Assembly (NCBI GenBank): GCA_951406725.2
Contig: OX597816.1
Location: forward strand, 93,744,001-93,808,000
From: Octopus vulgaris
Lineage: Eukaryota
Reading direction: 5' to 3'
Length of the DNA stretch: 64,000 nt
Position 1 is the first letter of the stretch. The number at the start of each line of letters is the position of its first letter. Shown in pieces: positions 25,291 through 39,818 of the stretch. The translations under genes were made by a program, and so were the position numbers. The notes beneath the pieces are model-generated. The model was not told the DNA's origin and did not search any database. It was given only the letters and a program-made list of their open reading frames with translations.

Positions 25291-27191
25291 TTTAAAAACT
25301 ACAATATTATTGGAAGTTAACAGAGAACCATAAGCTACGTCTCTTGAAATTGCATTTTTTCTGTTGAGATTGATTCTTGAGACCGTGTAAATTCCAAAGA
25401 TAGTGTTGAATACATAGTCTTAGATTAAAACATCTTTGGAAACTATATTCGTTGGTGTACACTTATCACTTCTTCCACTTTGTGAGTTGTTATCTACAGT
25501 TTTTATTTTTATATGAAGAAGTAAACAAATTTAACTGTGGAATGAAATCGAATCTGTCTATGATATTTATTCTGCTACTTAATGAAATGATGGTAACACT
25601 TAATAGATTGAACTTCATCTTTATTTTCGTTTCAGAGAAACGCGCATATGGCTAGGTTTCAACCCGCATTTCCAGTGAACAAAGTACAGTGTCTAACCCA
25701 CAAAACTCCTTCGAAGTTCAAACAATAAGTACCAATTATATACTGCAGTTCATTTTCGCATGCAATTAAGTGCACATGTTCTTAAAGTATTGGACCCTTA
25801 TTAAAGCGAACAACCGTACTAAATATATGCACCAGAAATCCAATAATTCAGTAGTTTGGATAAATACAGATGAATTCGAAGCATCGGTGAATCAAGGAAG
25901 CGAAAAAAGTGAATGTAAATAGATAAAATTTAGGCTAGATTTAGAACAAAAGCTAATGGATACAGTGAAATATAAAACCCATAAATTTAGTTACTGTGAC
26001 TCCAACTTATAAAGTCATCGCACTACAAATCATTTTGATACCAACCTGCCTGAGACCACCCTTGGTTTATAATACAAGTTTCTTGTTTTAAAGGGATTTG
26101 ACTTAAAACCTTCTTTCGAAATTGAATGTTGCTATGTTACAAGCACAAGTTTATTGACAAGTTTATTTTAATGAATTCTCCGTTGAACTAAAAGCAGTGT
26201 ATTCTGACAGAAATTTAGTAATGAAAAGCACGCTTAAATTTTTCCCTTTTTCGATTTATAGATTGACCTCTTGTCGACTCGAACCTCACGTAGTCTTCTC
26301 CATTCAATTCCACAGATTTTGTATAGAAAATTAGAAAATCATTGTTTTTGAGTGACACTTTATACCAGGAAATTTACTTGCTATGCTCATTATAGGATTT
26401 CCCAAAGTATTTCATCTTTAATTTTAAAGCGTATATATTTTATATTCGAATTAAGATGATATTATGAATCAATTCAGCTGTCTAAAAAATTGGGGTATCA
26501 ATTACCAAGGCAGGCTACTTGGTAGTAACAAGTCAGAAGTGGCTGGTGAAAGATCACAGTTGGAGGTGACCCAATAACACAATAGTTCTTTTGAGAATTT
26601 GAAGTCAACAGGTACAATATACAGCAAGACAAATATCATGACATTAAAATGTGTTAAAAATAAATAAATCAGACTTTTACTCTTTTGACACTCAAGTTTA
26701 TAGCAAGTTCGTAGTTATCATTTTTCTGTTTTTGAATCGCATTAATCCAACTGTCACATTTCCCCCTCTTCAATCTGTATTTTCTAACTTTATTTTTCTT
26801 TCTTTTCAACGCTATCTGTCTGGTCATCTCATCGTGGCCAGTATTAGATGACCATCTGACAGAAAGGTCATGATACGTCTCTAACTAAGTGTGAAGGAAA
26901 GAAAAAAATGGCGACAGGACACGCGTCAGAGCATATTTCTTTAAAAGATTGATTGAGTTATTTAGCTGAACAGCTTAATGATGACTGAATGAAAGGAGGG
27001 TGAAAGACAACAAAATAAAACGGTGGGGGTGAAGAGCGAAAGTGCGCTCGGTTTGTGGTCGTTTCCCGATTGTTATTGCAGTTTCAATGTAGTTAGTGTC
27101 TGGTTTGAAGTATAGAATTGAAACAGGAATTTGATGCGTGAGTTGAGGTAAAGGAATCAATAAGTAAGTGGCCATATATATTTTTTTATTT

Positions 27192-27708
<517 letters not shown>

Positions 27709-27864
27709 AACATATTTCACTGAAAACTATTTTCTTTTCATTTTATCTATATGCACACGAGCCAATGTGGGCCACTCTACATGATAACTCAACCTGCAAG
27801 AAATAGTATTCAAAAATTCTTCAAATTATTTCTGTCACTTGGCATTGTGTGTGTGTGTGTTTTT

Positions 27865-28180
27865 ATATCGCTGTCACCTTTGTCTTTACACACACTATTA
27901 TAATGGCCTCTGCTCTTCTGACTTTACTAATCTCGTGCCTCCACATCTCAGGCACTCTTGGCCCTCTCGTCATCCCTTCACCGCTTGTCACCTTTGTGGC
28001 ATTCACAACCACAACAACCAGTCCTTTCTCCCCAGTACAGCGGTCCTCTGAAATCTCCCTGTCCAAGTTTTTCCTGCAGGTGTTTAAACGGAACGTAAAC
28101 AGCATCATGCTTGCTGATCCTTGCAGCTTTGCATAGATCAAGGCACCGGCTCTTCCTCCACACTCAGCAAGTAAAAAAAT
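27865..28180 (+). mobile_element. Jockey-like LINE 3' end
   Basis: LCLYTHYYNGLCSSDFTNLVPP...RHPF...QSFLPSTAVL*NLP...FKRNVN, followed by a short A tail. Confidence 0.75.
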
Positions 28181-29399
28181 GCAGTCTTGAAAATGGCAAA
28201 ATAGTTTGGGAAATGTTGCAGATGTAGAAAAGACAAAAATATTTTATATTTTGAACCAACACATGTAGATTACAGTGATATTGACATAGCTTCTATTTTA
28301 AATGATGTAGCTGTTTTTCGTCTTCTACTGTACGCTTTCCAAACTGATATCGCGTATGGGATTTTTTTTCTAACTGTAGTTAGGACTGCATGAAACGTTA
28401 GTGTGCAAAACAGTTCATTTGCACAACGCAAGCATATGTTCATCAACGCAAGCATATGTTCATAACCCAATAAAATAATACAATTTAATAACACCAAATT
28501 AATATAATCAAATCAAACAACACGCACACTACACAATCATCCATTAAATAAATAGCACAGGTCTAGTAACACTCAATAACATAATACAAATCAAGTAATT
28601 AATTTTTGTCTTCAAATTTAAAAGAAAATCTTCATAGATTGTGAATTACCGATATCGAAAATAGCTTTTTTATTATTTTAAAAAAATTTTTGGCAACAAA
28701 ATTTAGAAGAATCAGTTAACACCAAATAAATTAATACAGCACAGTTAACCTCAAATACATTAATACTTTACATCTCACTCAACTCATATCCGACACAGCT
28801 TCTACTCAATAACGGTCCACAGTTTCTACTCAATAACGGCCCACAACTACTTACATAATATACACTCTGGAAACAAATATATCATCCGGAACGTAAATAT
28901 CGCAACAAAGCAAAGCTCACACTCGTTCATCGTCTAGGAATACCTTGCAAATAGCGCAGGCTCAGCGTGTATTGGTGCATCAGCAGGCTGGACATGTCTA
29001 ACTCGCCATAAAGAAGCTGCTGGCAGCAAATGGACTACCGGACCGAGCATTCGATGCGAAAGGGTTCTGTTAAGTGTTCATTTACTTTAACAACCAATCA
29101 AGTGTTGTTGTGCATTGCATCAATTCAGTCTCTGAAAACAGGGCAAAATCCAAAGGAGTTTAAGATGGCTTCAAGTAACGATGGTCGACTGCATCAAAAT
29201 CTGTTGACTGACACATGTTGATCAGTACCTGGCTTTATTACCAAATCTTTTTATGATTAATCGCATTAAGTGAACATTGTCGTGATGGACCTATTCGGGA
29301 TCGTGCACGTCCACGCTTCCCTGACCAGGCCACCATCGACAAGTACCAACCATTTTGATAGTACCAACCATTTTAAAGTCCTAAAGTCAATGATTAGTA

Positions 29400-29900
29400 G
29401 AGTTATGAGTCGACAGTAGTCTACCGCATTCCCTTTTCTCAGTATCCTTTCCCCGCATTCTCCCCTTCGGCTAGAAGATGCAGTAGACGCCTGTCAAGAG
29501 GCCCAAACCAGTCTGGGATGAATTCGTAAAAGTCGAGATCAAACCAGGCAATATGCACCATGTACATCCGCTCTTGACCACCTGCATTGCAACTGCTGTT
29601 ACCGCAGCGTAATCTTCCAGAAGGCGGGGGAATCCCTTTCTCTCTTCTTAAATGGAACCTTTCAGTTTTTTGTCGATTATTTTGTTGAAAATCCTTCCAC
29701 TCGACGGGAAATTTTGAAATAGTATTCTACAAAGGTTTTCATTAATAACTAATCTTTGGGGTTTATAAGGATAAATTTCTCAAATTCCCACCCCTTTTGT
29801 CTCTATTTTGTCTTTTATCTGTCTAGATATGTGGTCCATCATTTCATTATCGTGTTCATTTACAACGGTTAATTTGATGATGTTTGTTTCTAGAGAGTTT
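29400..29900 (-). mobile_element. Possible decayed LINE ORF1 (L1/Tx1-like)
   Basis: Stop-sparse minus frame (IKLTVVNEHDNEMMDHISRQIKDKIETKG...) and a degenerate CCHC-like ECGE...EC near 29420-29460. Confidence 0.3.
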
Positions 29901-30572
29901 GACCTGTTTTGTTATGCATTTGCTTTTTAGCTGTGATTTTTATTATATTTGTGTGTTTTAATGGAAAAAATCTATCTTAACAGTGTGTAAAGTATGGCGA
30001 AGTTTCATCGGCAGTGACGAGATTTTTTTCATAGCTGACACTGAAATTAAAAAGGTAAATAAAAACAGGAAAAAAAAAAGAAAAAACGCTCAACTTTCAT
30101 TGAATATAGGACACATAAAAATATTCCGGAAATAGTTTTACACTAAAAGTTAAGGTAAATAAATTATTACATTCTGTTCATATTTTTATGTAATGCTTCG
30201 GAGGTGCAGCCATGTCTGCACGATGCTGACGCTTGCTTCGTAAACGCGTGGCTTCGTGTTCAGTAGATAAAACAGCCGACAACTGATGAAGGGTCGTTCT
30301 TTATGTTAATTGTCTTGTTTTCCATTTGTTTCTTTCGATGCTCGCAGAAAAGTTCGTATTCCATGTTTTCATATTTCGTATTTCATGTATTTACGTTTTA
30401 TGACGTCCTGCACCCATATATGCATATGTATATACATATATATATATATGTAAGTACGTACATATATGTATGTATATATGCATATATTATATATATATAT
30501 ATATATTATATATTATTTATATCATTATATGATTGAAAGCCATGCATCCATTTCCAAGTAAATTATATATAT

Positions 30573-30730
30573 ACGACAGGCTTCTTTCAGTTTCCGTCTG
30601 CCAAATTCACTTACAAGGCTTTGGTTGGCCTAAGGCTATAGTTGAAAACACTTGCTGAAGGTGCCACGCAGTGGGACTCAACCCGCAACCATATAGTTGG
30701 AAAGCAAGATTCTTACCACACCGCTATGCG
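30573..30730 (-). mobile_element. SINE family B, 5' half
   Basis: Reverse-complement match to the family B head and core. Confidence 0.85.
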
Positions 30731-31087
30731 TTATTTTTATTTTTTTCTTTTAACTTCATAGAGTCAGAAAATCTGTTATTCTCGTACTTTTCTTGTTCTA
30801 AGCTTGCTGAGTTTCAACATGTAAAGAAAAAAAGAGGTAAAAGTATTCTTAGAGGAGTAAAAATCAATAGTCTAGTTCTTGCTTATATGTTGTCAATAAC
30901 TTGGATTTGAACCAAAATTAATTTTTACTTTTACATTATGAGAACATGTAAAACAAATTACGTCATACGCCCTATGAAGAAATGATTTATTACAGACTAT
31001 TTCTCCGAAATCAGAAATGTCCATCAACTTATGACTTGTCCTTATTCAAGAATTTAAACTCAATTCACCCATAATCAAGTGGACCTA

Positions 31088-31378
31088 GCACTATCGGTTA
31101 CGACAACGAAGATTCTAGTTGATCCGACCATAAGAACAGCCCGCTCGTGAATTTAGCACATATCCTTAAAGTAGTTCTCAGGGAAATTCAGCGGGACACA
31201 GATTGGGACAAGGTTGGCTTTTTGAATTACATGTACAGCGCATTTTTGCCAGCTGAATGGACTAGAGCAACGTGAAATAAAGCGTCTTGCTCAAGGATAC
31301 AACGCATCACCGGGAATCGAACTCATGAGTTTACAATTGTGAGTCGAATACTCTAATCACTAAGCCATGCGCCTTTAC
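31088..31378 (-). mobile_element. SINE family C
   Basis: Reverse-complement homolog of 16418-16712 with A box (tggcttagtgattag) and B box (gagttcgattccc). Confidence 0.82.
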
Positions 31379-32740
31379 ATCAAGGGTTCTAATCATGATT
31401 GTTCTGACATTTTATCAACCATAGTATCTCTAGAAATGCAAGGAGATGAGATGGGGGTGAATTTATTTATGAATTTTTTTTAAGTACACTAGGTGAAGTG
31501 AAACTGGTTTAGGTAAGAATCGAAACCAGTACAAGGGGATTGGACTCACCGTTTTCCATTTACCATCACTCAATAACAAAAGCAAATGTTACTAGAAATA
31601 ACACTTTTATCAGAGAGACGGACGTTTCCTATTGAAAGGGAATATTAGTCAGAAGAAATAAAATGAAAAGCGAGACGTGATATTAATCTTTGAGGGTTGT
31701 CCGTTAAACAAACACCACCAGCGATTGCGATCATTAAATATCATACATAAAGACAGAAATGTAAACAAGTACTATAGAGATCTCTGGCAGCAAGCAGTTA
31801 CGTCTCGATGTGTGCGTGTGTGTGTGCGTGTGTGTGTGCGTGTGTATGTGTGTGTATGTGTGTGTGTGTATGTGTGTGTGTGTACAAACATGAATTTGGA
31901 TTTTATATCTTTTACTGGTAGGTAAACTAGGATTGGACAGTAAATACGTGTGTAGTAGACGTAAATTTACGTCCATATTCTGTGTATGTGTGTGTGTGAG
32001 TGTGTATGTGAAAAAGCACACTCACATACACAAAAAAATGTGCACATGAATGCATGAACTTTTGCATGCATGAATATGAGCGCTTCCCTTCCCACCCCTC
32101 ATCCCCTTCGACTAACTATGATAAAAAAAAAATAATAAATCAGCATGAGATCCACTCCACAAATATGGAGGGCCAGTTCCTTGTTGAGTATATTGCTGAT
32201 ACATATCACGCGGACTACTGATAAAATATTTGTACCCATTAGCCTTCTTCATGAAGGATGGGTCACTGCACCATGCTGGCCTTCCTCGACGCACTGTATT
32301 TGATGGAGCCTTTAGTGGTGACCCAACAAAACATTTATAGTTACAGGGCAATCTCATTTCATAATTTTTTTCTGTAAGTGTGGTTGACTGAGTGAATAGG
32401 ACATACGTGCAGGTCACTAGTTTATATCCTGTCTCATATATCCTGTTGCATTTCGCAATGAATATCAAATTAGGGAGAATAAGAATAACTCAATTCTGAA
32501 AATAACGGCAACTCTTAAAAATTTGACAAGACTTCGTAGTTTTAAGTGACGTGTTCGTATTCAGGCTGACCTTTGAAGCAAAATAGTTTAACCAAAGTAA
32601 AACACCTAGCAACTGCGAGGAATAACAGCCAAATCAATGTCTTAAAAAGCGAAGAATATGGATATCTCTAATCGCACGAATTGTCAGAATGAATTTAGAA
32701 TACCCAGAAACGAGATGGGATACTGAAATTGAATTACGCT

Positions 32741-33160
32741 GAGGCATAGCTGTGTGATAAGACTCTTGCTTCCCAACCAAAATAGTATAATTCTGGGTTC
32801 AGTCCCACTGCGTGGAAGTGGCACCTTCGGCAAGTGTTTCCTACTATAGCCTCGGGCCGACCAAAGCCTTGTCAGTAGATTTGGTTGACAGAAACTGAAA
32901 GAAGACCGTCGTATACCTGTATATATGTTTATGTGTGTCTGTCTTTAAATCGGTGTTTGTCCCCCACCACCGCTTGACAACCGGTGATAGTGTGTTTATG
33001 TCCCAGTAACTCTGCTGTTCAGCAGAAGAGACCGATTGAATAGGTACCAGGATTTAAAAAAATAAAAACTCCGGTCAACACATTCAACCAAAAATTCTTC
33101 AAGGCAGTGCCCCAGCATGGCGGCATTCTAATGACAGAAACAAGTAAAAGGTAAAAGATA
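32741..33160 (+). mobile_element. SINE family B, full length
   Basis: Matches 52758-53170. Confidence 0.9.
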
Positions 33161-33512
33161 GTATGTCGTTTTATATTGTAATTTACTCTATCCACCGTCA
33201 CATTCTTCATTCTTGCTATCACTAAACCCACTGTATTTTTGTTGGTACAGAAAATCAGACATATATTATTTCTGGCATTGCTTTAAACTTTTGCAGAATA
33301 TCGATTATACCAAGTTACACTTTTTTTTTTACAGAAAGGAATGAAGACTGCTGAAAGATTGCATGAAGATATATGGTATGTTTCATAACTTTTAAAAGTG
33401 TCGTAAAGCATGAAATTATTAGTAACACTTTCATAATTATGTGTTAAATTGATATCCATCTATCACTGGATGGAGTACTTCTTTTATTAATTTTACACAC
33501 ACACGAAAGAAA

Positions 33513-33703
33513 GCGAGAAAGAAAATGAAATTTACGAGACTTCATTCACTACGATCATTTCGACCCATCGGGAACTGGAAGCTCGAAAAGGAGAGGCTGT
33601 ACAAACAATTGTAGTGCATCATTGTCCAGATGTGTTTTCTCAGGTGACCTGAATCAATTGTAGTGAATAAACAGTCTCGTAAATTTCATTTCCTTTCCCT
33701 CGC
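33513..33703. repeat. ~190-bp fold-back element
   Basis: aaatgaaatttacgagact..attcactac pairs with gtagtgaat..agtctcgtaaatttcattt. Confidence 0.9.
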
Positions 33704-33864
33704 GGCTTTGTAAACTCTATGGAGACAAAAGAATTCCTGAAGTAAATCCAGTGGGATATACCACCACACTGTTGATTACATCAGGTTGCTGAATACTGTG
33801 AACGGGCTTTAAATAGCACATTAGAAAATGTATGCCCGAATGTAAAATTATATATATATATATA

Positions 33865-33962
33865 TGTTCCTTCTTGAGCCATGTCAGGCTCATAAGAGCC
33901 GGTTTCCCGGTTTCAGTGGCGTAGAAATTCCCCACATGGACGGGACGCCGGTCTGTCGCAGG
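33865..33962 (-). mobile_element. V-domain SINE (family D), 3' fragment
   Basis: Reverse complement cctgcgacagaccggcgtcccgtcca...gaaaccgggaaac matches the tail of 47450-47754. Confidence 0.8.
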
Positions 33963-34079
33963 AAATATATATATATATATAGGTAAGTTCTAACTAAATA
34001 TTGTTATATATTTTCTTTTGGCCAGTTAACATATATCCTTTTGGCATTTCAAATGCTTAGCAGTACTCATGAAGGATTA

Positions 34080-34620
34080 TATATGTATTCTGTTTGAATA
34101 GAGCCAACTTGCCTATGAAGTGTTATAAAATTTCGGATCTGGAATTAAGCAGTGCGGTGGAATTCTTAGATCTAGAAAGAATGCGCTTTAAGTATTACAC
34201 TGCAGTTGTGTTTTAATGTTTTGAACTTCTTCTGCCGAAGAACGACACTTTGCGACTGTAGTTTTGGTCAGGAAGGATTGGAGAAAACTGAAGAGGTATC
34301 ATGATGCGGCAAAATTTGTGCAACATCTGCTGACAGATCAACAAAAAGAGATAGATTCGATGGATAAAACAAACAAGTAACAACTGCTGTGAGTTGGCTC
34401 ATCGTTGTAGCACCGCAAAATAGGACATCAGCTTTGCTCCGATGTGAATAAAGCAGCGATGTTTTTAATTAGGACATCCTTCATCATTTGATCCACGTTG
34501 TCAGACATCAATATTGGATTTTATTTGGATGTAGTCAATTTTTGATCTCAAAATTGAAATCCACTCAGAAATACCATCGATTTTAGACAATGAAAATAAA
34601 CGAAGAAAATTCGATATGAC
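34080..34620 (+). pseudogene. Highly decayed mariner-like transposase relic
   Basis: AKFVQHLLTDQQKE (about 34309-34350) resembles the WVPHxLT linker. Boundaries are uncertain. Confidence 0.35.
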
Positions 34621-34886
34621 ATCTGGTGCTCCACCCTTTGAAATTTGGTCCCAGGCACGTTCCAACGCTAGAAAGAATATGTGGAGCGATGTATCGACAT
34701 TGGTGGGATACTATGTGAAAGTAGGCCAGTCTGATTAAGTTGTAAGTAAATTAATAAGAATGGATTAGTAGTCTTTGAGCAGACGTCGTGTATGTTGTAA
34801 GAGTATGGAAAGTGAGAAAGAGAAAAAGCAGATATAGACAGACGCACAGACAGCCCGACAAACAGATAGAGAGACAGACAGACAGG

Positions 34887-34967
<81 letters not shown>

Positions 34968-35364
34968 GGGTAGGTTATTATAAATAAATTTTCTTGTTAA
35001 CATTTATATGTATTTTTACAACTTGGTTCATCGACACTTTCCATCATCCATAATCACATGCATTATTTATTTATACACTTTTACATACCCTGTCACACGC
35101 ACACATATAAACAGAGATTATACTATCACCATACTACACAATTTACCATTACAGAACCACATACTTATGCGCGGGATTATACGCATTTCACACATATATA
35201 CGTAAATACATATAGCGTTAGACTCATTTAAGCAATTGCCCGTAAATAAACAGTCTCTTAAATATACACTAATAACCAAGCTTACAGCTAGTTACGTATT
35301 TTACACACACGCGCTCACATACTTAGTTGCGAAGAAACATAACACAAAAAACACACAGGTGTAT

Positions 35365-35431
<67 letters not shown>

Positions 35432-36023
35432 TACGTGCATACACACACACATATACTCACGCATTCACAAACACATACATACATATGTGCGTATATAGAG
35501 GATAAACAATAATGGAAGAGAAACAACAAAAATAACATGAAACAAAATGTAACTGAATCCAGGGTAAATAGTCAACTCAACAGTGATATTCTAACTCCTG
35601 CTGTGGACACAGTTTGAAACTGTGAAACCGGGTGAACTCCACCCAACACCCTGATTTAGCAGTACAATTAGCTGTAGCGAGCAGACAGCCAACACGCCGC
35701 CATACGCGACGTTCCTAATGCTTGCATTATAAACAGACTGCATCACAGGCAGACGACACATATTCACATGGCGTTCATAATATATGTGTGGCTTCGCTGT
35801 GCAGTCGGCCGGCTTGTCTTGTTCAAATTCTACACAGGTCTTATGGTGATATCTCTCCATCCCACTCTCTCTCTCTCTCACCACACCTCTTTCCCCTCTC
35901 TTTCTATCTGTGTGTGTATGTGTTTGTGTACATATTATATACATACATATACGTGAGAGAAGGGGGATATATATACACACACATAAATATATACATTTAT
36001 AATTATCTATGTACATATATGTC

Positions 36024-36055
<32 letters not shown>

Positions 36056-36330
36056 TTGTGTTTGTGTGTGTGTATATACATATATACACATACATATATT
36101 TGTGCGTGTGTGTGTGTGCGTGTGTGCTTGTGTTTATCTCACCCAAACTGCTTATAACAGGTGCTGGTTTGTTTATGTCCACGTAACTTAGCAGTTCAGT
36201 AAGCAGACCGACAGAGTAAGTGTCAGCCTTAGAAAATAAATACTGGTGGTCGATTTGCTCGACTTAACCCTCGAAGGCGTGGACGCAGTTCAGTGACTAG
36301 AACAAGTAAGAAATAAAATAAATAGATAGA

Positions 36331-36709
36331 TAGGCACAGGAGTGGCTGTGTGGTAAGTAGCTTGCTTACCAACCTATGGTTCTGGGTTCAGTTCCACTGC
36401 GTAGCACCTTAGGCAAGTGTCTTCTACTATAGCCTCGGGCCGTCTAAAGCCTTGGTAGACGGAAACTGAAAGAAGCCCATCGTATATATGTATATATATA
36501 TATATGTGTGTTTCTGTGTTTGTGTTTGTCCCTCCAACATCGCTTGACAACCGGTGGTGGTGCGTTACGTCCCCTAACTTAGCGAAAGAGACCGATAGAA
36601 TAAGTACTAGGCTTACAAAGAATATGTCCTGGAGTCGATTTGCTCGACTAAAAGGTGGTGCCCCAGCATGGCCGCAGTCAGATGACTGAAACAAGTAAAA
36701 GAGTAAAAG

Positions 36710-36712
<3 letters not shown>
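36331..36712 (+). mobile_element. SINE family B, followed by (GATA)n
   Basis: Matches 52758-53170. An older 3' half copy precedes it at about 36130-36320. Confidence 0.92.
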
Positions 36713-36786
<74 letters not shown>

Positions 36787-37209
36787 TACATATGCTTATA
36801 CATATATATAAAATCAGGCATAGCCAATAGGCAATGGAATTCGCTTACAAAGAGCAGGCCTTGCGTTTCTTCTCACTGACTTCCAACATATGTTTTTGTT
36901 TTTCTATTTGTTTTGTCAACTCGGATCACTCCGGGATTTGAGAGTGAAATTGAATAATGAGAAACAATACTGAAGCCCGATGGATAGGAAATACATGTAA
37001 TTCAAAGAAACTTATCACATATTCAGTTACTCCGATTTTGTTTGATAAATGTATTAAGGTGACAGCATGCAAACCTCCAGCATCTATACGCCTATTAAAT
37101 GAATAACTAGTTCATTATATCGCTGAAACCGACGATAAATCCGTATACATATATGCATACATACATATGATTGTAAATAAAACGTGAAAATCAGACAAAG
37201 TTGAAATAG

Positions 37210-37732
37210 TGATTGTGTAGTAAGTAGCTTTCTTACCAACCACAAGCTTACGGGTTCAGCCTTGTGAGTGGATTTGGTAGACGGAAACTGAAAGAAGCCT
37301 GTTGTATCTACCGATGATCTACGGACAATTACGTAAGTTACGTAAGTAAGATTGCGTAATTTGTTGATAGTGATGTTTTGCTAAATTTTTCTTGGGAACA
37401 TTTCTTGGTGGTGAGACCGTAGCGGATCTATTTCTAGCATATGGATGTCCATATGGTGGTTTCCCTCTAATATATATGTATATATATATGTGTGTGTATG
37501 TGTGTGTGTGTATGTGTGTGTGTGTGTGTGTTTATGTGTCTGTGTTTGTCCCCCCAACATCGCTTGACAACCGATGCTGGTGCGTTTACGTCCCTGTAAC
37601 TTAGCGGTTCGGCAAAAGATACCGATGGAATAAGTACTAGGCTTACAAAGAATAAGTCCTGAGGTCGATTTGCTCGACTAAAGGTGGTGCTCCAGCATGG
37701 CCGCAGTCAAATGACTGAAACAAGCAAAAGAC
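37210..37732 (+). mobile_element. SINE family B with a ~160-bp insert in its internal (TA) tract
   Basis: Head 37210-37305, unrelated insert about 37308-37468, 3' half 37530-37732. Confidence 0.85.
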
Positions 37733-37749
37733 TATATATATATATATAT

Positions 37750-37869
<120 letters not shown>

Positions 37870-37879
37870 ACACACACAC

Positions 37880-38078
37880 ACAGAAGAGATAAGGAATGGA
37901 GTAGATAAGATCCGTGCGTCATATGTTTCATAGTAAGCGGAAACTCAGAAGTGGTAAATTGGCCTGATGAGTAGCCTACGGTATGCACCTCGCTTAGATA
38001 ATTACCACTTCTGAGGTTCCGCTCGCTATGAAACATATGTAGCCCGATTCTTATCTACCCCATTCTTTAACTTTTGTA
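37880..38078. repeat. ~200-bp fold-back element containing a hammerhead
   Basis: Arms 37880-37960 and 38000-38078 are reverse complements (catatgtttcatag..agcggaaactcagaagtggtaa / ttaccacttctgaggttccgct..ctatgaaacatatg). Confidence 0.93.
37961..38044 (+). ncRNA. Type I hammerhead ribozyme, minimal palindromic helix III
   Basis: Helix I GGC/GCC. Core CTGATGA (37964-37970). Helix II GTAGC/GCTAT with further cgg/ccg and acctc/gaggt pairing. GAAA (38030-38033). Helix III AC-ATAT-GT. Cleavage triplet GUA, cutting after 38041. Confidence 0.75.
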
Positions 38079-38689
38079 TTCTTATTCGCACACCCAGCAA
38101 CCCTGGTCACCTACTGTGAAATAAAAAAAAAACTTGTTGTAGTTTATCGATACAAAACAAAAAACCTGCAACCTTCTGTCTCAATGAACCACTATTGTAC
38201 CAGAAGGTTGGGTTTTTTTTATATTTCCTACGGATTGCTTGAAGCTAACTTTTTTTCTACACCCCGATCCATAGCTCTTATATTTGTATATATATATATA
38301 TATATATATATATGTTATAATACTATTTCACAGCCATACCAACAATCCAACATACATCCATCATCAGCTGCTCCATGGATATCATTATGGTTTCGACACC
38401 TGGGTAGCACCCTTCAATCAGGCGGTGTCAACAGCACTAAAATAAGTGTTGTTTGGAAACAAGGAAACAAACCATAGAAACCACAATTTTCAAACACATT
38501 TACCACAGAGAAACGGAAAATGGAATTAGCAAGAATGTCTGTTCACCACAACGATCGTTTTGGCCCATCTTGAATCTGTCCATTACTGGTACAGCTAGTT
38601 GTATTAGATCCATCAGTGCAGGCTGCACCTCCTCTGGTGTCACATTTTAAATATGCTCTGTTTCGCTTGGCAAATGAAACTGAGCATAT

Positions 38690-39255
38690 AATAATAATAA
38701 TAATTGTGTACAGTGCTCAGGTGCACTACAACTCATCTAAAGTGTATATATAAGCAGGTGTAGTTTCGACGGATTTCGGGAAGCATGAGGGCCTTAAAGG
38801 ATGCAGTGTCATGGCAGTCAACAATTGATGCAGGCAGTTTATTCCACGCTTCAGCAACCCTGAGCGTGAAAAAATGTTTCCGAAAGTCATGGGAGCTGTG
38901 CTGTTTTCTGACTTTGTAGGCATGTCCACGTGTGTTAGACACATGGAGGTCAAAAAGGTGTTCAGTGTTGTTGTTGGTGAGGTGGTTGATAACCTTGTGG
39001 GTGTTTACCAAGTCCGTCGCCAGACGCCGGAGCTTCAGTGAATCCATGCCCAGGGAAACAAGGCGCTCAGAATATGGTAGGTGTCTGATGGAGGGTATGC
39101 GTTTGGTTGCACGTCTCTGGACAGATTCCAGGAGGTCAATGTTCTGAGCAAGATAGGGATTCCAAACTGATGATGCGAATTCCAAGTGTGGTCGTACCAT
39201 AGCTGTATACAGTTTTAAATAGATGGCTGGAGAGCGGCTAACAAAAGTCTTGCTA
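38690..39255 (-). mobile_element. CR1-clade LINE, 5'-truncated 3' end with open RT C-terminus
   Basis: LYTAMVRPHLEFASSVWNPY...LESVQRRATK...TRGHAYKV...RKHFFTLRVAEAWNKLP, with an (ATT)n tail. Confidence 0.93.
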
Positions 39256-39818
39256 TGTAGCGAGGTATCTTATTTAGAACGAATACTCAACGAGATGCAG
39301 CTTGCACTGGTGGATGCAATACAACTAGCTGTGCATTACTCCCACCCGTAAAGGACAGATACAGGATGGGTGGAAACGATACTTGTGTTGAATAAAAATT
39401 CATGTCAACTCAATTTTCCGTTTCTTTTTCTTTCATTCATTATAATCTCAATGAACACTGCAGGATTCCTGACGTAGGACCAGTGACATTATAGCATAAC
39501 TGGATGACACCGGGTTGCTTAAACGGTGAAGAAACTTCTTAAGATTTTGCACGTCTTCAGAGACTGACAGAATGGAAAGTGGAAGGTTTCTGCAAATCAT
39601 GGACATGGAACAGAGTGGATTCTGCTAAAGGCATCTAAGTGGCCAAGTGTTAAACTGAGTATTAAGCCGAACAGTGGATTAAGTCTATCGCGCAAGTGTT
39701 CTCTCCTCTACAAGTTCCACCCCAACATTTAACTTTATAATTTTTTTTGAGAAGTTTAACTTAAATATAAAGGCTAAATCTAATTTTAAGTTATCAAATC
39801 ATTTTGATTTTTCATTAC

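Noticed and set aside
30283-30420. CTGATGAAGGG in a pLTR-like segment before (TA)n
   Set aside because: The GAAA half of the core is missing. At most a truncated relic.
32112-32468. 118-aa non-repetitive minus-strand ORF
   Set aside because: No recognisable domain, a non-ATG start and no convincing splice sites.
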